From assembly GCA_012295275.1 (NCBI GenBank), contig CM022669.1, positions 18,042,001-18,106,000 of the forward strand: a DNA stretch of 64,000 nucleotides. The letters are read 5' to 3'. The notes beneath the pieces are model-generated. The model was not told the DNA's origin. It saw only the letters and a program-made list of their open reading frames with translations, and searched no databases. Below, piece after piece: positions 26,501 through 38,866 of the stretch. The DNA comes from Chrysomallon squamiferum. Lineage: Eukaryota > Animalia > Mollusca. Within the stretch, counting starts at the first letter, position 1. The number at the start of each line of letters is the position of its first letter. Both the position numbers and the translations under genes were made by a program.

Positions 26501-28255
26501 GAATCCTTGCTGCTAATCAATAAAATATATAACCTATGTGTGGTGAAAGTGGTTTATTTTAGTTGATTTATATATATTACTCAAGTGCCAAAGGTTTTAT
26601 TAAACTGTTTCAGTTTGTTTGAAAAAAGAAATCTTGCTATTTATGAAGAATTAGTTTTCACAGTTTCTTAAATGTTATTACAGATTTAGCAAAAAGATTA
26701 TATATATAAAGAAACCTAATTGCTTATTCCTCAAAATATATATATATAAATAATCCAGACAGTAAAATAATATTTTTTATTCTTATATTTATTATTATTA
26801 TTATTTTGGATTAAACTTTAAGTTATTTTGTTTTGTTTCTTTTTAATCATTATTTTTCTTTGAGTGAAGAAAGTTAAAACTCTGATCAAATGTATATTAA
26901 ATATTATTATTATTTTATTTCCTTTTTTACAACATTTAGAAGAGAAACAAAACCCTATGGTGCTTTTATTTAAATTGTAGTGTTGTAACAGCTTCACAGT
27001 ATTTTGTTGTTTCCTAAGAGCAATCAGTAATTAATTAATTTCATCCTTGCATTAAAATCTTTTGATTGAAAATCAAAATCAAAAATCCTCCATGGTTATG
27101 GTAATATACTGTGGCTTCTAAAATGTGTATTTAATGTTTCTGTTATTGCTTAAAGATTTTCCTTTTCATTTCCTATGGATTTAGTTTTCCTTAGTCTCAT
27201 TTAAAGGTTTATTTTTCTAAATATTTTCCTCACTGCCACAAGCCCTTTCCCTAATCACCTTTATTTTATTTTATTTAAATTTATATTAGATATAAAAAAA
27301 ATATATAATTTTAAAATTTATGGGTTGTTGTTTTTTTGAAAGTATTGTTTTTAAATATTTCAGAAATACAATAATAATTTTGAAATAATAATAATATACT
27401 GTTTACAAATTACAAAATAATTTTTATTCTCTACAAACATTTTTGATTGTCATGTTTAAAATATATTTCTGTTGTTTTTTAACTATTAGTTAAGTATCAT
27501 ACAAATATATTATTATCCCAGAATATTTTGTTTCTCTATACTGTAAATAAATGTTTAAGTAATAGTAGTAGTAGTAATAATAATATTAATATGTATGTGT
27601 GTAATTACAGTAAACTATTTGTTTTAACCCATATTTGAGTGCATTATTACACGCACAGATACATAACACACACACACACACACACACACTCATACACATT
27701 ATCACACAGACACCTACCCATACTGACACATTCACATAACCAAGCACACATACCATAAACCCACAAACATAAAAACAAAACAGAAATAAGTACATTGTTT
27801 ACAGAATTACAAAACATTCAACTTAAACATACACTTTACTGTAAGCAGACAATTTAATTTTTATTCTTGTATTCCCATTTTCATTTAACATGCTGCTTAA
27901 TTTTTTTTTTTTTTTTTTAAATGATGAAAGAACCTTTTTTTTCCTTCTACAATAATATTTTTAATTTCAGAGCTGGGAAAGAGATTCTGTAGGACAGCAC
28001 AGTCAGATGACTGTAAAAAGAGCTTTGCCGTCGCAAGTTTACATCGACCCCCCCATTGCTTTTATCACCCCACCATCTCATAATGATGTTGATGACAGAG
28101 ATTTTGATGAACTCTTGTATGCTCTGAAGGCTGGCGGAAGTTTTGCACCCAGTGAAGTTTCACACAGTATAAATGATGACAATTTGTCGGAGCTCTCAGT
28201 TCAGTTGGAGGGATTTCAGACAAAACAAGTAGAGATTACAGACACTCATTTATAG
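530..28255 (+). CDS. ADGRV1: Adhesion G protein-coupled receptor V1 (VLGR1/GPR98), 3' part; gene starts upstream of the window; 34 exons
   Basis: Phase-consistent exons: 530-805,1304-1453,1877-2097,2554-2713,3629-3791,4157-4270,4843-5018,5612-5794,6147-6308,6739-6826,7557-7706,8226-8419,8904-9044,9487-9639,10619-10765,11359-11504,11951-12155,12591-12694,14443-14559,14924-15031,15800-15967,16373-16456,16709-16772,17229-17309,17697-17800,18271-18475,19060-19164,19971-20111,20352-20433,21294-21408,22149-22306,22843-22964,23719-23916,27971-28255 (5070 nt, one open frame). Calx-beta motifs (KFGDPNGIIQF, DDVPELTETF, NDNPHGMFG), GPS CSCKHMTSYA, 7TM with NDEHTERKY and WLWGGLHM, C-terminus DTHL as in vertebrate ADGRV1. 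Confidence 0.95.
1099..1325 (+). repeat. About 60-65 bp tandem repeat (4 copies), last copy overlapping the exon at 1304
   Basis: ATTCAGA(G/A)GTTTGG(G/A)GATCCT...ACAATTAATGTTAATAAGTATTTG repeated. Confidence 0.85.
2728..3252. repeat. Compound (CA)n/(TACA)n microsatellite
   Basis: About 520 bp of CA/CATA units; source of the spurious VCVC/THTH ORFs. Confidence 0.95.
4353..4438 (+). mobile_element. Degenerate Tc1/mariner (pogo/Tigger-like) terminal fragment
   Basis: CAGGTTGAAAATCCTTTATCTGAAATG...GTTACGGATTTCGGA...GATTTTGGAATAT resembles, from memory, the Tigger4/Zombi terminus; no second TIR found. Confidence 0.45.
6435..6545. repeat. (GT)n-(GA)n microsatellite
   Basis: Direct inspection. 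Confidence 0.9.
9592..9964 (+). repeat. Tandem duplication of an exon 3' end, donor and intron start
   Basis: 9592-9773 is repeated at 9811-9964 with a small internal deletion; a short partial copy lies between them. Confidence 0.9.
11605..11930. repeat. AT-rich minisatellite, about 29-30 bp unit (AATTTTGTTTTGTTTATAATTTA)
   Basis: About 11 degenerate units following a (CT)n tract at 11540-11593. Confidence 0.75.
14644..14936 (+). repeat. Perfect 145-bp tandem duplication including the splice acceptor of exon 14924
   Basis: 14644-14791 matches 14789-14936, including an identical T9 tract and CAG acceptor. Confidence 0.92.
15496..15700. repeat. Two diverged intronic tandem copies, about 115 bp
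   Basis: TTCAGTTATTATTTAACCTCTA...AACAAAATC.TTAACATGAATAT...ACACCTTAAAA occurs twice. Confidence 0.8.
18271..18475 (+). CDS. ADGRV1: ADGRV1 exon encoding the GPS autoproteolysis motif and start of TM1
   Basis: CVYFDMGLKKW...C...DYVDCSCKHMTSYAIVAK matches the GPS pattern with an H-M-T cleavage triad. Confidence 0.92.
18735..18808. repeat. (CT)n microsatellite
   Basis: Direct inspection. Confidence 0.95.
19060..23916 (+). CDS. ADGRV1: ADGRV1 seven-transmembrane domain exons
   Basis: Hydrophobic exons: [93 protein letters not shown]. Confidence 0.92.
20126..20300. repeat. About 29-bp minisatellite (ATTAATCATTTTTCTTTTAATTTTAATTT) filling the GC-AG intron
   Basis: 5-6 near-identical units. Confidence 0.85.
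23415..23603. repeat. (AAT)n microsatellite
   Basis: Direct inspection; similar tracts at 1482-1533, 19508-19557 and 20705-20780. Confidence 0.95.
25630..26560 (+). mobile_element. Degenerate SINE with a Nin-domain-like core, whose 3' part is amplified as about 6 tandem 120-170 bp units
   Basis: Units GGG(G)AAGATGGTAT..AAAAGAACCCTTGCTGCTAA..AAAGCATAACCTGTGTGTTGAAAGCAGTTTG start near 25784, 25900, 26081, 26214, 26354 and 26480; the core resembles, from memory, the Nin-SINE segment GCATATAAAAGATCCCTTGCTGCTAA. Confidence 0.55.
27971..28255 (+). CDS. ADGRV1: ADGRV1 last coding exon, cytoplasmic tail ending in PDZ-binding motif DTHL
   Basis: ttcag acceptor, then SWERDS...DFDELLYALKAG...EITDTHL*; TAG at 28253-28255. 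Confidence 0.93.
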   Translation, partial: SWERDSVGQHSQMTVKRALPSQVYIDPPIAFITPPSHNDVDDRDFDELLYALKAGGSFAPSEVSHSINDDNLSELSVQLEGFQTKQVEITDTHL

Positions 28256-31200
28256 TGCTGCAGATATTTATGCAAGACTACTTACCTTTCTTAGGTACAT
28301 AATATAAATAAAAAAAATTTAAAAAATGTTCAAGGTGAAGAAAAAGAAGTTTTATATATTAGAAAAAGAACATTCACAAGTAACATTTAGTTATGACAGA
28401 TTTTTGGTTTTTTTCTGTTTTTTTTTTACTTTTGTTGTGTTTTGAAATCACAATGTTATTGTAAAAATGTCTTCCTTGTGTGTTCATGTTACATTCAGTT
28501 ATTATTATTATTTTTTTTCATTTGTGATGTTTTATATCAAACATTTTAAAATATACTAGTCATCCATTTTGTTCGATTTAAAAAAAAAAAAAAAAAAAAT
28601 TAAAATTATCCTTTATTACAGCAGATATCCATTCACCTTTTATGCAACTACTTACTGCTTTGATTACATGTTATCTTTATTGTTATATATGTTGTTTTTT
28701 TGTGTTTTTTTTTTTTGCCTGTCCAGGTTATTTCTCATTTTATCATTAACATCTGTTTTCAGAAACATTCACTGCTTTTATTAATTTCTTTTAAGATTCT
28801 TTTTAAGGAGCATATGACTAACTTGTGTGTGACTTCCAGCATCTTCAACCATTGAAATGGCAAAAAAAAAAAAAAATCATTATTTGTAGCATGCAGTTTG
28901 TTACAATATGAAAAAGAAAATTTCATTTGCATAAAATTAGTTGAAATATAAATGGAGACGACAATTTTTGATGGAAAATTAGGGATAAATAATACTGCTA
29001 AAAAAAGTAATTCTTCTAAAACTAGTGGAAACAGAAAGGGACACAATTCATGCAGGAAATATTTTTGATAAATACTGTTATTGTGTTGTGACTTGATAAT
29101 ACTTTCTAATACTTATGATTCTTACAAAACTAAAAAATGAAAACTTTATCTGTTTTCAAATTAATTTTCAGTCACATGCAAGAAGCTGTGAGCTGTCAAA
29201 ATATCTTTTTATGCTATTACGTGATACAAGCGTGATATAAAGTGATAAAAGGCTGGTACAAAGTGAATTATCTGTACATTAAAAACAAATTTCAGTGTGT
29301 ATAGATATGTACAGTATGTATAATTCATTAGTGAAATTATTAAAATATTTTATCACAAATATTTAATTTTTATACATAAATATATATTGTTCTAGTAAAT
29401 ATTGTTTCACATTAGATTTCATTAACAGTTCATTTGTTTTATAAATTATATTATGACTTTCTGTGATGAGGATATTGACATAAAGATGATTTTTTTAATG
29501 GATATACTGTTTTAGTAAATATAAATGTTTCATATATTAGATTTCAGTTAATTTTTTAATTTTTTTCACGTATCTTTCAGCGTTCAAGATATGCATAATA
29601 ATATATTTGTTTATTAGTTTAATTTAAAAAAAAAAAAAAAATAATAATAAATATTATTGTGATATTGTGATTGCTTTTCATAATGATTTCAGGCTATTAT
29701 TTTATAGTATAAATTTGTATCTGAATTAGTTTTTTAATAAAAATTTAAAAAATATTAAAAAAATCACCAACAGAACCAGTATTCCTTTTATTAACATACC
29801 ACCCTAATATATTAAAAAATAAAAAATAAAAATAATATATGTAAAAAAAAAAAAAAATAAAAATAATAATAATAATAATAATAATAAATAATAATAATAA
29901 ATAAATTTAAAAATAATTTTCATTACTGTTATATTTTGGTTCTGAGCAATTTAAAAAATAAAACTGTATAGGCCAAATATGTCTGTCATACCTCTTTCAT
30001 GTTTTGAAATGTATATAGATCAGTGTTTATTTAATAATAAAATACATGCAGTTATACACCAGTTAATTTATGTATTTTATAGCTTTAGATTTTAGCTTTT
30101 GTACTAACTCAAGTTTTGAATTATTGTTTTTAAATTAATTTTGTATAGCTTTTTTGATTTACAATGAATATTTTTAAAGAAAGAAAATAGACTGCTAATT
30201 CATTTTTTATTTTTTATTTATTTTGTTTGTAAAATTATGTAAATATTAATTACCTGTGTAGCATAGAAATGTTTAAAATCAACACTCATGTTCTTCTAAT
30301 ATTTATTTTTCATTTAGTCCATGCAAAGCTGATGTTTTCCAATATCCTGTTACATCTAATAATGTTAAGGGCAAATTGCTGAGTAGAGAAGACATTTAAA
30401 AAAAAAATTATATCTATGCTGAAATGTAAGAAATAAAAGGAGCCATTTTTGTTTAATTATTATTATGGATTTTTACCTTTTTTTTTTTTACTTACATATT
30501 TTCATTACATCATTTGTTTTAATTTATTTTTTTTTAATTTAAAAAATCTGGAACTCACTCAAGGCACTGTAGTTTATTATATTCTTGACTGTTAGGGTTG
30601 AAATGTTTTAGATAATGCAACAAACCATCTGGCTCTGTTTATAATATATCATCATGTGAGAATGAATGAATGTTATGTGTATATGCACACCATAAATGTT
30701 TTTTGTTTTCATTCAGATGTAATAAACCTAGAAATATCAGCTGAAGATTAAACTATGTAAATGTATTCTGTTCAGATTACTGCCTGGACAACAAAAATGT
30801 CAGTAATGAAATTAGATCTGTATCCGGTTCCAGTCCAGAAAAAAAATAAAAATAAAAATAAAATAAAATAAAATAGGGCACCAAGATAAAACTCTTAACC
30901 AAATAAATTATTACCTGTTCTTTTTGAATGCATTTTTAAATGTCAGGCCTTTACGAAGCTGTAGCAGATCTGCAGCTGTTTACTTGCTAGTTTTGTCAGT
31001 TTTTATTAGTCTGATAAAATCAGATTCCCTTTTTTAAATTTTAAATGACGACCGTTACTGTTAACATAAATCAGTTTATGCAAATTTTCACTACATAATC
31101 CTTTTATATTGCATTTCCACATAATGCCTATGTGTGTATTATATCCTGTGTTTTACTTGTTAAAAAATGACTTGCTATTGCTAATTTTATTTCTATGCAA

Positions 31201-33771
31201 AGCTTTTATTTTAAACTACTGCTTTTGCTTCCATTTTTTATCACTTTTTTTTTTTTCTTTTTTTTTTTTTAAACCACTTGTACATTTTAAATGTATTAAA
31301 AATGTTATCATTCTTTCAAATGTTTTGTTGAGTTATCATGTAACAGTTATTTTATAAATGGTAGATCAGACTCAGTGAAATTTGTAGATCCATTTATATT
31401 TTTTTAATTGGGGTATGCTATAGTTCAGTAGCAAGAAGAACATCATATTGCAGGATTAATCCTGTATAATGCCACTATGGCTTATTTCATTTCTTCCAGT
31501 GCTTCAAACCTACTTTATCAATAGCTGTGGTATCTGCTTTCTTAACATAAATTGCGTAACTTGTAACACAGAAAAAAGTGTTTCATACTTAATAACCATC
31601 AATATTAAACCAGTTGAAATACTGTTAAACAACAATCATTTGATGGTGATTTCACAGGAGCTTCAATTCATTTTCATTGGTCAACCAATGAAATTGTGAT
31701 AATATTCCAGAATTTTCAAAAAATTGAATCAAAATACAAACACCACAAACCCAGTTTTTGCCTTATTTTATGTTTTACTGTGCAATGGGGAAAATGGATA
31801 ATTTACTGAAAATTCTAACTGACATACGGAACCCCAAACATACATACACATACATAAACACTAATGAGATTTTAAAATAATAGAAACACATGAAGACTGC
31901 CTAAATGTTTATTTTTCAATAGGCATGTTTCTTGACCAGACTGAACTGGCTGTGCTAACAAGAACCTACATCAGATGTAGTTGTAACAACAAAATAAATG
32001 TAAGATACATATTAAGTTGATATGACTGTAAGAATCACTTGGTGTAAAAGAGAAGAAGGAGAAAAAAAGTTAACATTTGTTTCAAGGCATTAAAAAATCT
32101 AACATTTTGTTAACCAGCAGAAGCTTGTATGATTATTAAATACGATTTGATATATATATATATATATATATGTATGTATATATATAAAAATAATAATAAT
32201 TAAAAAGATCCTGAAAAACAAATATTGTTAAATATAGTTTGTTCTAATAATAATAATAAAGAATTTTCAGACATGGATTCTACCCTAGCCTGAAAGTATG
32301 TCAAAATGTATAGCTGCTTTTTGAACACATTTGGTTAAAACTGAACACTGTATGAATACAAGCTATATAACAGGTGTTGAATGCATGAACAACCAAGGGA
32401 TCCAAACAGGTGTGGTAGTCTCACGTATGTAATGAAAACTGTGAGATTATTATTATTATTATTTTTTTAATAAGACAAATATAAAACATCCTGGGTAAAA
32501 CTTTGTACAATTCTGTGTCCTCCGTCAAAAAAAAAAAAAGAAAAAAGAAAAAAAAAAGATTACCCCCCCCCAAAAAAAACTAACCAAACAAAAACAAACA
32601 CAAATGTAAAAATTAAACTTCCAATAAAAACACAGATTTCTAGTCTAGTGAAAATACAATTATTATATAGTACATGGTAATAGCAACAAAATGTACAATA
32701 ATAAAAGGATACAAATATATACAATAAGAGTATTATATACTCAAAACAGTAAAGCTGACATCACAAATTGCACTGAATGAACTAAAAGTCTAGCTGTAAA
32801 TACATTGAAATGATTTAGATTTATACTTTAAATGTTTTTTCATACATTTTTTCAAAGCATTCCATACTTTCCTTCAATTTTAAATCTGAAACATTATTTA
32901 TAACAATTTTGTTTTGTTTTTTGTTTTTTTAAAATTAAACAGGTTAAACATAATTAACAATTTAAAAATGATACATATTTTCCCTTTACATTTACAAACG
33001 TTATGGCTTTTAAAATATCCAATTTGTCATTCAGTGATTGTTGGGCGAAGAAAAGAAAAAAAAACTTGTTTTTTAAATCTATATATAATAATGTAAATAA
33101 TACCACTTGTACTGAATTTGGTTTTACATAGCCATGGGTTTACAAAAGAATCATATTCTCAGCCCATTAATACATAAAAATGAGAGAACATTCTTTTTTT
33201 TTTTTTAAATTTAAGTTAAGCTTACAGCCAAATTATATACAGAAGCTGTCATTATGAAACGTGAAACTGAATATAAATTCACAACAAATTGAGACCAGTA
33301 TGTATAAGGATAGCATACAGAGGAACTACCTCATCTTGCATAGATTTCATTAACTACTATGTGAACCATTTTCACACTGCTGTAAGTTCAAGGTTGTTTG
33401 TGCACAAACATTTTTCCTCCATTCACACAGTTAAGTAAAATAAAAATAAAAATTACATATCCAAAAATTAATAATAATAATAAAAAGAAATAAAAGTAAA
33501 ACTGCCTTAATACAGCTGATAAAATTAGCTGAGGGAAAAAATATTTACAACAACAAAAATAAATAAAAAATAAAATAAATAAATTGGGCAGAAATGTATC
33601 TTCAACGTAACATTGAAATGTGGTTTGAAATGCAAAAAGTATTAAATAACAACTATTAAACATCCATGTTGCTGAAGTTTATATATGATTCTGAACAAGT
33701 TAATTAAATTTGAAATGTCAAATGAAAATCTAATCCTGTAGACATTAAATTATTGTGCAACGACCAGCTTA

Positions 33772-33807
<36 letters not shown>

Positions 33808-34449
33808 AACTATTTAAAATTAATTAAAATAGGAGTAAAATTACAGTAAAAAGACAAAACCAGAATAATAATGCATTGCACTTTGCCACAGTTAAAAAAA
33901 AATAAAAAAAATAAAAGTAAGTAAATAATAAAATTATTCATTCTTCCTTCCTATATATTTAAATCTAACTTGAATTTATTTTTTACTGCTGGATTTATTT
34001 AAAAAAATAACTTAACCTAAATTTATGAACAATCTTCAGAAATGATGAAATAACATCTCTCATGATTAAAAATCATTAAAGAACTAATCTATAATTGGAT
34101 ATGCATTGTTTTTGCTGGTTTTTTAAAATTAATTTTTATATTAAACAAAGTTAAAATAAACTGAAAAGTACAATTTTAAAAATATTATAAGAATAAAAAT
34201 TAAAAAAAAAAAAATTTAATGATCTGCTTACTTCTGATTTTTTTTTATAAACAGATGTATACCAACAATAACAGATAACAGTAAAAAAAATTCTTTATTT
34301 ATTTAATGTTTATTTTCAAAATGAAATACCTCATTATAAAATCTGATCTTAATTACTTCAGAGCAAGTAGTTTTTACAACTAACAGCACAGCTGAACAAT
34401 TTAAAAATCTGTTTCTTTTGTTACAATAAACTACTGGTGTTTCAAACTG

Positions 34450-34486
<37 letters not shown>

Positions 34487-35425
34487 TGAATTAGGTAATA
34501 ATGGCAATGCCATTATAAAAATCTATCTACAAATGGTCAGTAACAATAATGTACATAATAAATATAACAATTATTAAAATGTATTATTTACTGGTGTTTT
34601 TCTTCTCCAACTGATCAGAAATAAATAAATACAGATAATTACATCACATCATAGATTATGTCGTCTCCATTTTTCACAACATATTGATTATTACAGCTTG
34701 CAAGAAGAAAGAAAGAAAACAAAAAATTAAATAATAAAAAAACAATTTTAAAAGTTAAAAATTTTAAAATTAAACAAACTAAAAAATAAATATCATTAAG
34801 AGTAATGTTATATGAATAGACATTCATAATCAATTTACAAAAACTAAAAATATTTTATTACCTATATTAAACAGCATCACCAATCAAAATGTGATATCTT
34901 ATAATGAACAAAACTTTAACAATTAAGTTTCAAATATATCTGAAACTGAAGTATTTTTCATAAAAACTTTGTAGTGAACCCAAACCGAGAAAAGAAGAAA
35001 GTTTGTTTCTACAGAACAAAATGGAACACAACCAATGGAATATTAATTAAAACATAACAAAACTGAAAGTGTCAGGTAACATATGTTTCCTTGTGAAAAC
35101 CAAAATGTTATTTTACCAAATTTTGTATTTTAAATTGACTGTGTTAATTTATTTCTGTTCTGCAAAGTTACTGGGCCAGAAAATACGAGTATTAATAAAC
35201 CATAAAAGGAGGAACATACATTTTTTTTCTTCTTTTTTCAAAATGTGCATAAAGCATAAAAGAACAATTTTGCTTTGATCTTTTAGTTATTCAATACAAG
35301 TCTAGACAGAGATTATATATTAAAAAATCTAGACATACATGTAAATACTCAGGGATATTTCCCCACATTAAATGAATAAAACTAACAAAACAAACAAAAT
35401 AAAGATGGATGGAAGTGGACTGTTA

Positions 35426-35461
<36 letters not shown>

Positions 35462-36228
35462 CACAACCAGATAGCGTTAATATATTATGCAAATATTCTA
35501 GCTGTCTTTTCAAAATTAGATACTTACATGTATATTGAGACGGAACAAAATGATATATTAGCTGAAGTCTGATAAAATAAACACATTTGCTAATGAACAA
35601 AGCTGATCATTGTCATCATGCAGTGTCTCTCGTTATCCCTTAAAATTAACAAATCTTGAACATTAAATTTAAATTATCGGTTATTTAAAAAAAAAAAATA
35701 AAAAAAAAATAAAAAAATAAAATAATATATATATAACATGTATGAACAAATAATACAAAATAATAATAATAATAAAAAAAGCACTTAAAGAAAATATTTC
35801 AAAGCACCATATGCATTAAGCAATAACAAAACTGCAAGCAAGCCATTTCTTCTTTTTTTTTGTATTTTTTTTTGTATTTTTTCTTTTTTTTTTTTTTTTG
35901 CTTCTGTATATTTTAATTTAAAAAAACTCGGGGTGGTCATTTAAAGGGACTGAGCAAAACTGAAATACTGTCTGGGACTCTGTGTGAGTCAAAGATGTTT
36001 GACAAATGGTTAGTAGTAACATGGAATTAATAATATAAGAACACAGCATCATTCATCTCAACATGTAAGTATTTTTAAGGTAAGTACAAAATAGATCTCC
36101 GTGAAGGGAGCAACAGACTTCAATGGCACAATTTCACAGCACTAAATCCACTGGCATCTTTTTGTAACATGTAACACAGGTAAACAACAACTGCAAAAAT
36201 ATACTTCAATTGAGGGTTGATTTCACAA

Positions 36229-38830
36229 TCAAAACTGTGTCGAAGTTTTCTTCCTCGGCCTTTTGCCCGATCCCTCTTCAAGCAGATATGAAAGGTCTAT
36301 CTTCTGTTTGCCTGGAATATTTCCAAGCATTTTCTGTAAAATTTTGTTCAGATGATCCCGTTTCTCCTTTTTCTGAAAAAGAAGTAATAAAGGTAACTGA
36401 GAAAATATGGCTTAAAATAAAATACAAAAAATAATAATAAATAAATAAATAAATAAAAATTTACTGGTAATTAAAAAAAAAAATCTTTACTATTATTGGA
36501 ACTAAATATAATGAAGTTAATGATTAGTTAATGCAATACAAAACTTTTTAGAAAACAGTCAAATTATTTAAATAATAATATTAATAATAATAATAACAAT
36601 AATACAATTTTTTTTTAAATCTTTACAATGGTTAAAATTGCAGAGTAAAGAAACAAAAGAGGTACAGACCTTCTCTTCTCTGACTTTTATTAAAGGCATA
36701 TCTTCTTCTGATTCTGCATCTGAATTCTCAACACTGTCCTGTGTTTTGTCACACTGGTCATTCCTGTCTGATCTTCCTGGTCGAACACTCTTCTCACCAT
36801 CTTCTTTTTTCACATTTTTATTACAGCTGCCATCAGAATGGTTCTTCTCGTGAGGTCCTCTACGTTTTGTCATGTATTGTTCAGGAACGACATGGGGCTG
36901 AAATAAAAATTGATTTCATTGTAATCTTTTTTTGGAAAACATTTTCTCCAGTTACAGTTCACTGTATAATACGGTCTTCGAACCCAATCAAAATTTAACT
37001 AACTCAGTTAAATTTCCTTGTAAATTTTCTTCTTGTCGAAATGATTTAGAACCTTGCTGCATATCCAACAAAATAAATAAATAAATAAAAAAAAACACAT
37101 TAATTAATAAAAAAAGAGTGCTTTTTAAAAGCTAATATAGCAAATGATATACATCTATGGCCTTTATTTTAAACAGTTATTTATGTAATTGAATACATAC
37201 CAAGTAATTTCTCTTTGGAGTAAGTTTAGTCTCATATCTCTCAAAGCAATAACTTTTTGTGTTGATTGGATATCTGAAACAGAAAAAAGATGAGATTAAA
37301 ATAATGAAATAGTTTTTAATTCACTTCAACATGCAGGAATATCCGTTTTGTTATTGATACTTTAATCAGTTATTACTATATTTCTGAAAACTGTAAAGGT
37401 ATAAAAATAAAAATGAAATTAAACTTCTAAGTTTCTAGAAGAAAATGATGCTTAATTAATGCACAATTTGAAAAAACAACCAACCAACCAACCTGTGTTT
37501 AGGAATTTTGAAGAAAAGATGTGCTGTTTTGTCCACCCGATATTCACAAATGTAGCAGTCTTGTGGTTTCATGTTCTTGGGTCGACCCTTGCAGTATGTG
37601 TGAAGGTCCATGACACAGGCTAAACCTACCACAGCTTCAAGAGGAATTATTTCAAAAACTGGAGACCGGAACACCTGTTAAAAGACATTATAATAAACCA
37701 ATCAGCGATATTTCATTTCAGTTAAGGTTTGTTTTAAATATCTGCAAGTTATGTGTATTTGGTAATGTTTAGTACCTGAATACCATTGTCATGGAATATG
37801 CATAGAATGGTTTAAATATCAGATGTTATACCATCAAAAAAAATACAATGAATAACAGAAACACATCTTTCAGTTAGAAATGATTTTGCACTCAAACGGA
37901 TAATTATATTAAATGTAATATTTAAAATTACATTGTTTAATGTAAATATTAGCATTCCTTATCTGTCACAAAATAAACACAATGCCTAAACATACAGAGA
38001 AACAGATAAATACCTCATTTGGAAAAAATTTCCTTGTTGGCTCATGAAATGTTTCATGTGGTCTTAGATAGGCATGACCAAGTGCATATTTTTCATTGCT
38101 GTAAAAAATAAAAATATTAATTAACATTTTTTAGAAATGAAATGCTTTTACCAATACATTTTGTTTGTCACCGTTGTAAAGTAAACATTCTCACTCAAAA
38201 TTACCATATATATCTCACAGAAAAAAAAAAAAAATCAAGAAGTTAAATAGCTCTTTTGAGCTATGTTCCATTTATTAGCAATTTCTTTATTTTATTCCTG
38301 CCAATGATGTGTGAAAAATAGTTTATTTGCCAAATGTAATCCTGGGCAATGCAGGTCTCTGAAATTACCATTTAAGAAAGTGAGAAAAAAAAAGAAAAAA
38401 AAAAAAAATATATATATATATACACAACTCACTCTTTATTCATCCACAGCTCCTCAATTCTGAAGATGTCAAGTTTGTCTGGACTGACGGTGGACATCAG
38501 TCGATTTGAGGTTCGTACAGGAGTTCCCTTAGAACTTTGTTTGTAATCTCTCATGATGTACACACACTCCCCAACTGCTATCTGCATGTCGTCTCTCATC
38601 AGTGTCATGTAGTAAGTACAGTCTGGCTCACCGTCCTCGGGTTGTGGAACAAGAACAATCTCCTGGGAAAAAAAAGAGAATGAAATGTGAGTGATGAATC
38701 TTATGCTAAAATTATAAATGTAATTGGAGTAAACATATATACATATACTTGCAACATCGTAACTATGGTTAACTTCATCTGAATTTGACAAATGCAATTT
38801 GTATCAATACAGAAGGTGAAAGGATGAGTG

Positions 38831-38866
<36 letters not shown>

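Noticed and set aside
25784-26560. Repeat array superficially resembling CRISPR
   Set aside because: Units are diverged whole-length copies without unique spacers, there are no cas genes, and the context is a eukaryotic intron.
28256-36228. Hidden gene between the convergent ADGRV1 and ASH1L stops
   Set aside because: Only short low-complexity ORFs; consistent with long 3' UTRs and intergenic DNA. AATAAA is too frequent to place polyadenylation sites.
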